Shown here: piece by piece, positions 18,080 through 25,494 of the stretch
How positions within the stretch are numbered: the stretch's first letter is position 1
Layout: each line of letters starts with the position of its first letter
Source of the DNA: Candidatus Oleincola secundus
GTDB lineage: Bacteria > Atribacterota > Phoenicimicrobiia > Phoenicimicrobiales > Stramentimicrobiaceae
Direction: 5' to 3'
Assembly: GCA_018400815.1 (NCBI GenBank)
Contig: JAGYLS010000020.1
Span: 1 to 25,494 of the forward strand
DNA length: 25,494 nucleotides
Notes under the pieces: model-generated
Database searches by the model: none
What the model saw: only the letters and a program-made list of their open reading frames with translations
What the model was told of the DNA's origin: nothing
Program-made: the position numbers and the translations under genes

Positions 18080-19234
18080 ATGAAAATAGCTTTTTTTACC
18101 AATTGCTATAAACCTTTAATAAATGGTGTGGTCAGTAGTATTGTATCGTTAAAAAATGCCTATGAAAAAAAAGGGCATAGTACTTATATTTTTGCACCCA
18201 GGGTAGAAGACTATATTGACCAGGAAAATAATGTATTCAGGTACCATTCTGTTAATTTAACAGGCAAAGTAAAATATCCCATTGCTATTCCATTGTCTCT
18301 AAGAGCCAGAAAAATTATTAATGAATTTAAACCTGATGTAGTACATATCCATCATCCTTTTGTTCTCAGCATGCCGGCAATTATGTATGGTGAAAAATTA
18401 GGAATACCAAAAGTATTGACTATCCATACGCAATATGAACGTTATGCTTACTATGCATCCCCAATTCCACAAGTCATTGTTAATGAAGCAATTAAAAGAA
18501 TTATTTTTAATCTTGCAAGCAAGGTTGATGTCATAACAACTCCTTCTAAATCTATGAAAGACCTAATAGGTCATTATAGAATTAAAAAGGAAGTTGTAGT
18601 TGTTCCCAATGCAATTAATCTAAATGTATTTCAGGAGAAAAACGAACAGCAATATAGAGAAATTAGAGACCAGTTTGGATTGGATGAGAAAGATGTTGCT
18701 GTTCTATATGTAGGGAGAATTTCCTTTGAGAAAAATATAGACAAAATAATCAAAGCCATGGCAATTGTTCGAGATAAAAAGATAAATAATGTCAAACTTC
18801 TATTAGTGGGGGAAGGAACAGCCATGAAACAGTTGAAAAAATTAGTGGAATCTTTGGGTTTAGAAAGTTTAGTTAAATTTGTAGGTCCAGTTAATAGCGA
18901 TATGATTAAGTATTACTACCAGGCATCAGATATATTTGCTTTTACCTCTACCTCCGAAACTTTTGGTATGGTTATAATTGAAGCTTTTGCCTCAGGCCTT
19001 CCTGTTTTAGCTGTCAAAGCACCGGGAGCTATCGATATAATAACAGATGGTCTTGACGGAATTTTAGTAGAAGATGATATATCTCAATTTGCAAAACGAC
19101 TGGAGAGTTTGATTATTGACAAGGTTTTAAGAAAAAGATTATCGAAAAGCGCATTAAAGACAGCACAATTATATAGTGCAGATTCTGTTTCTGAACAAAT
19201 GCTTAACCTTTACCAGCGGCTCATAAATAGATAA
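18080..19234 (+). CDS. GT4-family glycosyltransferase (1,2-diacylglycerol glucosyltransferase-like)
   Basis: YKPLINGVVSS, HIHHPF, TIHTQY, YVGRISFEKN and SETFGMVIIEA. Confidence 0.88.
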   Translation: MKIAFFTNCYKPLINGVVSSIVSLKNAYEKKGHSTYIFAPRVEDYIDQENNVFRYHSVNLTGKVKYPIAIPLSLRARKIINEFKPDVVHIHHPFVLSMPAIMYGEKLGIPKVLTIHTQYERYAYYASPIPQVIVNEAIKRIIFNLASKVDVITTPSKSMKDLIGHYRIKKEVVVVPNAINLNVFQEKNEQQYREIRDQFGLDEKDVAVLYVGRISFEKNIDKIIKAMAIVRDKKINNVKLLLVGEGTAMKQLKKLVESLGLESLVKFVGPVNSDMIKYYYQASDIFAFTSTSETFGMVIIEAFASGLPVLAVKAPGAIDIITDGLDGILVEDDISQFAKRLESLIIDKVLRKRLSKSALKTAQLYSADSVSEQMLNLYQRLINR

Positions 19235-19414
19235 TCAAAAATATTCTTTCAAATTAATATTTTCTACAAGCATCCCTTTAGTAGATAGATAATTTTCTTG
19301 TTTTTGCTGATCTTAATTTTAATTACTCCATCAATTGCCTTGAAGTTAGATTCCTGGTTATAGAGTCAACCTATTCAACATTGCATGATATAATAAAAAT
19401 AATATAGGAAGGAA

Positions 19415-20551
19415 GTGATAAATATGGGAAAGTTAACTAATAATAAATATTATAGTGTAATCAATACAAAAAGGGCAGCCAATATAAAAATCTTCTTTAT
19501 GTCGCTGACCTTTTTATTGCTAATTACTTTTTTGACAAGCATACCGGTTTTTAGCCAATCAGACACAGAAAAGGCAATTTTTGCCGGTGGTTGTTTTTGG
19601 TGTATGGAAGCAGCATTTGAAGAGGTAGAAGGAGTTATTGATGTCATATCGGGTTATACCGGAGGAGATATACCTAATCCTACTTATGAGGAAGTATCAA
19701 CCGGGAAAACCGGTCATTATGAGGCTATAGAAGTTAAGTACGACCCCGCTGAAATTACTTATCAAGAATTACTGGATATTTTTTGGCAGCAAATTGATCC
19801 CACTAATCCTGTTGGGCAATTTGCTGACAGAGGCAGTCAGTATAAAACAGCAATTTTCTATCATAACGATGAACAGAAGGTTCTAGCAGAAAAGTCAAAA
19901 GATGAATTACAAAAATCAGGAATGTTCCAGGCGGACATTGTGACTGAAATATTGCCTTTGTCAGAATTTTTCCAGGCTGAGGAATATCATCAGGATTATT
20001 ATAAAAAAAATCCTACTAGTTATGAGGGATATCATATCAGGTCCGGCAGAGCTGCCTATATTGAATCAAAATGGGGAGGAAAAATCATGGAAAAGAGTTG
20101 GGATGATAATTATCAAAAGCCATCAAAGGAAGAATTGCGGGAAAAATTGACACCATTGCAATACCAGGTTACCCAGGAAAATGGGACAGAAAGACCTTTT
20201 CAAAATGAATACTGGGATAATAAAAGAGAAGGGATTTATGTAGACATCGTTTCAGGAGAACCACTTTTTAGTTCAACTGATAAATTTGATTCCGGAACAG
20301 GCTGGCCAAGCTTTACCAAACCGATTGATAGTGATTATATTGTTGAAAAAGAAGATAGAAGTCTTATGATGGTAAGGACAGAGGTCAGAAGCAAATATGC
20401 AGATTCACATCTAGGGCATCTATTTAAAGATGGGCCACAGCCTACCGGATTGCGATATTGTATTAATTCAGCTGCCTTACGCTTTATTCTTAAAGAAGAT
20501 TTGGAAAAAGAAGGATACAGGCAATACCTGGAACTTTTAAATAACATATAA
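19415..20551 (+). CDS. msrAB: Exported bifunctional methionine sulfoxide reductase MsrAB
   Basis: Hydrophobic signal segment ending VFS-Q. MsrA motifs AGGCFWC, GHYEA and AEEYHQDYY; MsrB motifs GTERPF, GTGWPSF, HLGHLF and RYCINSA. Start codon uncertain. Confidence 0.94.
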   Translation: MINMGKLTNNKYYSVINTKRAANIKIFFMSLTFLLLITFLTSIPVFSQSDTEKAIFAGGCFWCMEAAFEEVEGVIDVISGYTGGDIPNPTYEEVSTGKTGHYEAIEVKYDPAEITYQELLDIFWQQIDPTNPVGQFADRGSQYKTAIFYHNDEQKVLAEKSKDELQKSGMFQADIVTEILPLSEFFQAEEYHQDYYKKNPTSYEGYHIRSGRAAYIESKWGGKIMEKSWDDNYQKPSKEELREKLTPLQYQVTQENGTERPFQNEYWDNKREGIYVDIVSGEPLFSSTDKFDSGTGWPSFTKPIDSDYIVEKEDRSLMMVRTEVRSKYADSHLGHLFKDGPQPTGLRYCINSAALRFILKEDLEKEGYRQYLELLNNI

Positions 20552-20581
20552 ATAATAGAAATGATTTTATATAAGAAACAT

Positions 20582-20630
20582 ATAATGGCTGATATTTGAG
20601 CCTATAAAAGTTCATAATATCAGCCATTAT
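20582..20630 (+). terminator. Long inverted repeat after msrAB, probable terminator
   Basis: 15-bp perfect stem ATAATGGCTGATATT (20582-20596)/AATATCAGCCATTAT (20616-20630), plus inner TGAGC/GTTCA. Confidence 0.7.
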
Positions 20631-20679
20631 TTATATAGTTTATTTTTAAAATTTATAAAAACAGATAGGCTAATGATAG

Positions 20680-20708
20680 TTGACATGATTTTTAATTAGT
20701 GATATAAT
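20680..20708 (+). promoter_or_regulatory. Consensus sigma70 promoter of the yerC-ABC-hisC operon
   Basis: TTGACA (20680-20685)-N17-TATAAT (20703-20708) with an extended TG. Confidence 0.85.
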
Positions 20709-20733
20709 TTCTTAAAACATTAAACCATTAATT

Positions 20734-20749
20734 ATTTAACATATTAAAG
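20734..20749. promoter_or_regulatory. Candidate YerC/HisR operator
   Basis: Palindrome TTTAA-CATA-TTAAA (TTTA-N6-TAAAG) ~26 nt downstream of the -10 box. Confidence 0.45.
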
Positions 20750-20828
20750 ATATCTTGTAATTGATGGTTTTTTATAATTGTAATTGAATTAAATATCTCC
20801 AAAAATATTGGTGATTGGAGGCAAAGTC

Positions 20829-21134
20829 ATGGATCATTATCCTCGCTGGAAAAACGAAATGACTGATCAATTATTTAAAGCGATACTGAGTTTAGATAAT
20901 ATTGATGAATGTTATCAGTTTTTTGAAGACGTAGCAACTATAAATGAAATTAAAGAGCTTAGTCAACGGCTGGAAGTTGCCCGGATGCTTAGTGAAGGTT
21001 TTATCTATGAGGATATTGTACAGAAAACCGGGGCCAGCTCTGCAACAGTCAGTCGGGTAAAAAAGTGTTTAAACTATGGTGCTGATGGCTATCAGCTAAT
21101 ACTGAAAAAAATTAAACAAAAGAATAAACTATAA
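20829..21134 (+). CDS. yerC: YerC/YecD-family TrpR-like repressor (HisR-like)
   Basis: DQLFKAILSL, ECYQFFEDVATINE, SQRLEVARML and TGASSATVSRVKKCLNYG; ATG at 20829 follows GGAGG. Confidence 0.92.
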   Translation: MDHYPRWKNEMTDQLFKAILSLDNIDECYQFFEDVATINEIKELSQRLEVARMLSEGFIYEDIVQKTGASSATVSRVKKCLNYGADGYQLILKKIKQKNKL

Positions 21135-21156
21135 ATAAAATAATGGAGGAACTTTG

Positions 21157-21930
21157 ATGAATAGAAATAAACGAATCATTTCAGCTTTACTTTGTTCTGT
21201 ATTTTTCTTTATGTTGTTAGGGCTACCTGGTATTTCTGCAGAAAAAGAACTCTATATTAACGGAATTGATGCAGATTACCCCCCACATGCCTACATTGAT
21301 GAACAAGGTAACCCGGCAGGTTTTGATGTAGAAGCATTGGATTGGATTGCTGAGGAAATGGGATTTGAGGTAACTCATCAGCCTACTGCCTGGGATGGCA
21401 TTGTATCAAGTCTTTTAGCAAAAAAAATTGATATGGTTTTTTCCGGCATGAGCATTACCGAAGAGAGAAAAGAAAAAGTGAATTTTACAATGCCTTATTG
21501 GTCAATTGACCAGGCAATAAGTGTGAGAAACGATTCTGATTTAAATGCTATTGAAATATTCATGGGTGATTATACAGTAGGAACCCAACGCGGATGCACT
21601 GCTGCTATGTGGATTGAAGATAATTTAATCAATCAGGATCTGTTTCCCAAAGATAGTCTCAAACTGTATGAAGGATTTTCTTTGGCAGTACAGGATCTTT
21701 TAAATGGAAGAGTTGATGCTGCAATGATGGATGATGTAATGGTGGAAGACGCAATTCGCAAAGGAATGGATATTAAAGTTATAGGGACTATAAAAACTGG
21801 CGAAGAGTATGGTGTAGCAGTTAGAAAAGAAGACACAGAACTTTTGGAATTACTCAATGAAGGAATTAATCGTATTATGAATTCACCGAAATGGGATGAA
21901 TTAAAGGCCAAATATTTCCAGGCTCAGTAA
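21157..21930 (+). CDS. Polar amino-acid ABC transporter substrate-binding protein (family 3)
   Basis: Signal peptide (ISA-EK), GIDADYPP, GFDVE, AWDGIV, SGMSITEERK and YGVAVRK; GGAGGA RBS. Confidence 0.93.
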   Translation: MNRNKRIISALLCSVFFFMLLGLPGISAEKELYINGIDADYPPHAYIDEQGNPAGFDVEALDWIAEEMGFEVTHQPTAWDGIVSSLLAKKIDMVFSGMSITEERKEKVNFTMPYWSIDQAISVRNDSDLNAIEIFMGDYTVGTQRGCTAAMWIEDNLINQDLFPKDSLKLYEGFSLAVQDLLNGRVDAAMMDDVMVEDAIRKGMDIKVIGTIKTGEEYGVAVRKEDTELLELLNEGINRIMNSPKWDELKAKYFQAQ

Positions 21931-21981
21931 ATTCCAAATAAAAAAATTATATAAAAATATCAAAATAGAATTAATGAATGA

Positions 21982-22013
21982 CGGGGATGTAAACTAAGAA
22001 GTTTATATCCCCG
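21982..22013 (+). terminator. Intercistronic stem-loop after the binding-protein gene (stabiliser or partial terminator)
   Basis: 14-bp stem CGGGGATGTAAACT/AGTTTATATCCCCG, one G-U, AAGA loop, weak U tail. Confidence 0.65.
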
Positions 22014-22081
22014 GTTTCATGTAAATGTAATGCTAGTTAAAAATTGTTAAATAGCTAAACAAAAGGGATAAGATATAAGTT

Positions 22082-22747
22082 ATGGAAAATTTTATTGTTA
22101 TTTATCAGGCCCTTCCTTTTTTACTTCAGGGCATAATAACAACCTTAGGCTTAGTGCTAAGTGCGCTTTTTTTAGGTTTTATTATAGGTGTGCCTTTATC
22201 GGTAGGACAGGTTTTTGGCTCTTCTTGGACGAAAAAATTTATCGGTATTTATATCTGGTTTTTTAGGGGTTTACCAATACTGGTTTTATTATTTCTTTTT
22301 TATTATGGTTTATTTAACATGATAGGATTGAATTTATCTGCTTTTGTGGCAGCGGTATTAGTATTGGGTTTGCGCAGCTCTGCCTATCAGGCACAGATTT
22401 TTAGAGGAAGTATCCAGTCCTTGGGACAGGGGCAACTGTTGGCAGCCCAATCTCTTGGAATGAGTACAGGCAAGGCAATATGGAATATCATTTTACCGCA
22501 AGCATTAAGGCTGTCAATTCCCGGTTGGTCTAATGAATACCCGGCAATGTTAACAGAATCTGCCGTAACTTATGCTATTGGCGTGATGGAGGTGTTGACT
22601 CGGGGAAACTTTATTGCATCCAGAACCTATAAGCCTATGCCTATTTACCTGACCTGCGCAATAATTTTTTTAATCTTGTCCTATTCAGGAATGAAAATAT
22701 TACATATTTTAGAGGAGAAGGTCAGAATTCCCGGTTTTGAGGAATGA
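22082..22747 (+). CDS. Polar amino-acid ABC transporter permease
   Basis: FFRGLPILV, SAYQAQIFRGSI, GQLLAAQSLGM and ILPQALR. Confidence 0.93.
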   Translation: MENFIVIYQALPFLLQGIITTLGLVLSALFLGFIIGVPLSVGQVFGSSWTKKFIGIYIWFFRGLPILVLLFLFYYGLFNMIGLNLSAFVAAVLVLGLRSSAYQAQIFRGSIQSLGQGQLLAAQSLGMSTGKAIWNIILPQALRLSIPGWSNEYPAMLTESAVTYAIGVMEVLTRGNFIASRTYKPMPIYLTCAIIFLILSYSGMKILHILEEKVRIPGFEE

Positions 22748-23538
22748 AAGGACCAGAAGGAATGAATCAAAAAAAAGAATTAATATTACGAATTAAAGAT
22801 ATTCATAAATCCTTTGGAGGAAAAGAGGTTTTAAAAGGAATCTCTTTTGATGTTTACAAAGGAGAAACAAAGGTAATCATCGGGCCCTCGGGGATGGGGA
22901 AAAGTACCCTTTTAAGATGTATAAACCAGCTTACTTTTCCTGACCAGGGCACGATATGGTTAAGAGACCAGGAGGTAACTCACCATAATTTAAGAGAGAT
23001 TAATCTTTTCCGTCAAAAAATAGGTATGGTTTTTCAGGATTTTAATCTTTTTGACCACCTTGATGCTGTAAGAAATGTTGAAATTGCCCTGATTAAAGTA
23101 AAAGGAATGAAAAAAGAGGAAGCCAGAGAAAAAGCTATGCATGAGTTAAAGAAAGTTGGCTTAGGAAAACAGGCATCGCTTTATCCGGCTCAACTATCCG
23201 GTGGCCAAAAACAGCGGGTTTCAATTGCCCGGGCATTGGCTATGGATCCGGAAGTCATGCTTTTTGACGAACCTACCTCTGCACTTGATCCGGAACTCAT
23301 TGGTGAGGTACTAGGTGTCATGCAAAAATTAGCCAGAGAAGGCATGACTATGGTTGTGATTACCCATGAAATGGGTTTTGCGCGTTCAGTGGCTGATGAA
23401 ATAATTTTTTTGGAAAAGGGCAAGCTATTGGAAAGCGGACCACCGGAAATATTATTTTACCAGCCTAAATATGAGCGAACCCGGAGATTTTTATTCAAAT
23501 TAACCGAGTTATATGGTGATTTAAATGGGAAAAAATAA
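22744..23538 (+). CDS. Polar amino-acid ABC transporter ATP-binding protein (GlnQ/HisP family)
   Basis: GPSGMGKST, LSGGQKQR, FDEPTSALDPE and THEMGFA. Confidence 0.95.
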   Translation: MKGPEGMNQKKELILRIKDIHKSFGGKEVLKGISFDVYKGETKVIIGPSGMGKSTLLRCINQLTFPDQGTIWLRDQEVTHHNLREINLFRQKIGMVFQDFNLFDHLDAVRNVEIALIKVKGMKKEEAREKAMHELKKVGLGKQASLYPAQLSGGQKQRVSIARALAMDPEVMLFDEPTSALDPELIGEVLGVMQKLAREGMTMVVITHEMGFARSVADEIIFLEKGKLLESGPPEILFYQPKYERTRRFLFKLTELYGDLNGKK

Positions 23539-24209
23539 TGATTAACCTAGACTTTTTTTTAGAAATATTATTTCCTTCTTTATTAGAAGGATTAATAATG
23601 ACTATGCAATTGATTTGCTGGTCAATCCCAATTGGATTAGTAATGGGAGTTATTATTGCTATTGGCCGGGTTTATGGTAATGTGCTGGTATCTTTTTTCA
23701 GTAAAGCATACATTATATTTTTTAGAGGGACACCTTTGCTGATTTTACTTTTTATTTTGTATTATGGTTTCCCTTCTATTGGTATTTATTTATCACCCTT
23801 TGTTGCTGCTGTTATCGGGTTTGTTCTTTGCAGTAGCTCTTATCATGCAGAATATATTCGTGGCGCTATTCAATCTGTAAGAAGCGGACAGGTATTGGCA
23901 GCCCAGGCACTGGGAATGAGTAAATTGAGTGCCGTTTTTAATATTGTTCTTCCCCAGGCCTTACGTAGAGCCATCCCCGGTTGCTCTAATGAGATTATCT
24001 ATCTAATAAAATATTCTTCATTAGCCTTCATGGTAACCTGTATTGAATTAACGGGGGCAGGCAAGATTGTAGCCTCTCGATATTTTACTTATACCGAAGT
24101 TTTTTTAGTAATCGGAGCTATCTATCTAATCATTGTTTCCCTGGCTACTAAACTTTTAAATATTTTAGAAGAAAGGGCGTCTTTCCCCGGATGGGAGAAT
24201 AGAAAGTAA
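23538..24209 (+). CDS. Polar amino-acid ABC transporter permease
   Basis: FFRGTPLL, SYHAEYIRGAI, GQVLAAQALGM, VLPQALR and IKYSSL. Confidence 0.93.
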   Translation: MINLDFFLEILFPSLLEGLIMTMQLICWSIPIGLVMGVIIAIGRVYGNVLVSFFSKAYIIFFRGTPLLILLFILYYGFPSIGIYLSPFVAAVIGFVLCSSSYHAEYIRGAIQSVRSGQVLAAQALGMSKLSAVFNIVLPQALRRAIPGCSNEIIYLIKYSSLAFMVTCIELTGAGKIVASRYFTYTEVFLVIGAIYLIIVSLATKLLNILEERASFPGWENRK

Positions 24210-25237
24210 TGGATGAAAAAATAAGAATTAACAAGCCAATTTGCCTGGAACATTCCAGTTTGAAATATCCTTTACCTGAAAAATTATTATTCGAGTTATC
24301 AGAAGAGCTGCATAATATGAATAAATACCCCAGTGGAGGCGATTACCTGGAATTATCTACTAAGTTAGCTGATTATGCAGGTGTTGCTCCAGGCAATATA
24401 TTGCCTGCTAATGGCTCTGATGAGGTGATTGAATCCACTACCAGGGCATTTGGCAATAAATTGATTTTGATTCCTACCCCGACGTTTTCTCAATATGAAG
24501 CAAGTGCGGATCGTAACGGGTTTAGTAAAAAACTAGTTAACTGTTTACAGGGCTATGATTATAAGTTGAATTATAATGATGATGATTTAAAAGAAGCCAG
24601 CCTGGTTTGGATATGCAATCCCAATAATCCTACTGGAGAATCCATTTCCAGGGAGATTATTAAAAATATCCTGGATAGGTCTGCTGGTATTGTGATAGTT
24701 GATGAGTGCAATTATGAATATTTAGGGGAGACAGTGGCGGACTTGATTGACAAATATCACAACCTGGTGATTTCCCGAAGTTTTTCCAAAAATTTTGGTT
24801 TAGCGGGATTCAGATTAGGTTTTACAATTGCCTCACCAAAAAATATTATAAAAATTGCCCGGTATTGCCAACAATTCAGGGTCAACAGGATGGCTGAAAT
24901 AGCTGGTATTAAAGTGTTAAAGTATTTGAATTATTATAAGGAAATATGGCAGGAAGTGGCAAGGGTAAGGAAACAATTTATTGCTGCTCTCCATCAGATA
25001 AATATCATGGCTTTTCCATCTAAGAGTAATTTTGTGCTGGTTGATTTTATTACCCGGGAAAATACAAAAAGCGTATGGCAATATTTAAGAAAAGAAGGTG
25101 TCTATACCTTTGCTGCCTGGGAAGATGAATTTTCGGGATTAGAAAATCATTATATTCGCTTTACCATTGGCACCCGGCAAGAAATGGATTATACGCTTAT
25201 GCTGTTAAACCAATACCAAAAGAATAATCCAATTTAA
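24209..25237 (+). CDS. PLP-dependent class I/II aminotransferase, HisC-like
   Basis: NGSDEVI, PTFSQY, CNPNNPTG, VDEC and SRSFSKNFGLAGFRLG (PLP lysine); TAATG coupling to the permease. Confidence 0.85.
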   Translation: MDEKIRINKPICLEHSSLKYPLPEKLLFELSEELHNMNKYPSGGDYLELSTKLADYAGVAPGNILPANGSDEVIESTTRAFGNKLILIPTPTFSQYEASADRNGFSKKLVNCLQGYDYKLNYNDDDLKEASLVWICNPNNPTGESISREIIKNILDRSAGIVIVDECNYEYLGETVADLIDKYHNLVISRSFSKNFGLAGFRLGFTIASPKNIIKIARYCQQFRVNRMAEIAGIKVLKYLNYYKEIWQEVARVRKQFIAALHQINIMAFPSKSNFVLVDFITRENTKSVWQYLRKEGVYTFAAWEDEFSGLENHYIRFTIGTRQEMDYTLMLLNQYQKNNPI

Positions 25238-25367
25238 TTTTTTATAGAGAATATCCTATTTTATCTTACAACAAATATAATCATTTTTTAGAACAGGTAA
25301 AATATATTTTTATCAAGCTACACTTTCTTTTCATTACCTTTTTAGTTTATAATTATCAAAGAAACCA

Positions 25368-25426
25368 TTTCAGGGGGAGTTGCCCCTGATTAGTAAAAAA
25401 GGAGTTTCAGGTAATTTACCCCTGAA
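25368..25426. repeat. Two related short hairpins (TTTCAGG...CCCCTGA twice)
   Basis: TCAGGGG (25370-25376)/CCCCTGA (25383-25389) and TTCAGG (25406-25411)/CCTGAA (25421-25426). Confidence 0.45.
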
Positions 25427-25494
25427 CAAATTTATGCATTGCTACTATAATATTAAAAGATTAATATTAATTTTTTTTCTAGTCATATTTTTTT

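Noticed and set aside
112..23423. Short antisense or alternate-frame ORFs in the track (e.g. 112-324, 1279-1467, 4634-4882, 10354-10680, 21633-21911, 23190-23423)
   Set aside because: All lie within well-supported genes and show no recognisable motifs; treated as shadow ORFs.
1..25494. CRISPR arrays, IS elements, prophage, tRNA/rRNA genes, defence systems
   Set aside because: No spaced direct repeats, transposase/integrase ORFs or structural RNA signatures seen; intergenic gaps are short and AT-rich.

Overview
Low-GC bacterial chromosomal window of mostly core metabolic genes, with no mobile elements, RNA genes or CRISPR visible. In order: the 3' end of a complex I/group-4-hydrogenase-like operon whose large subunit has the CxxE/CxxD signature of membrane-bound sulfane reductase (MBS/MBX); a stand-alone archaeal-type ThrRS editing domain; a hemolysin-III/TrhA membrane protein and typA on the minus strand; an ~10 kb shikimate + Phe/Tyr operon (aroH, aroF x2, aroA, aroE, aroC, aroK, aroB, aroQ, tyrA, pheA; no trp genes); glnS; a GT4 glycosyltransferase; an exported msrAB; and a YerC/HisR-like repressor heading a polar amino-acid ABC transporter plus a HisC-like aminotransferase. 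The most notable feature is missing from the ORF track. The aro leader encodes a 28-aa peptide (MLRKQSQEIFNFNYYYFYFTGDVYALVS) with a mixed Phe/Tyr codon cluster. It is coupled to a six-segment RNA switch with two tandem terminators, each with its own mutually exclusive antiterminator. The two DAHP synthase paralogs differ at the ACT-domain residue linked to Tyr versus Phe selectivity. A ~1 kb indel-dense patch (end of aroF2 and 5' part of aroA) looks more like a sequencing or assembly artefact than real decay.
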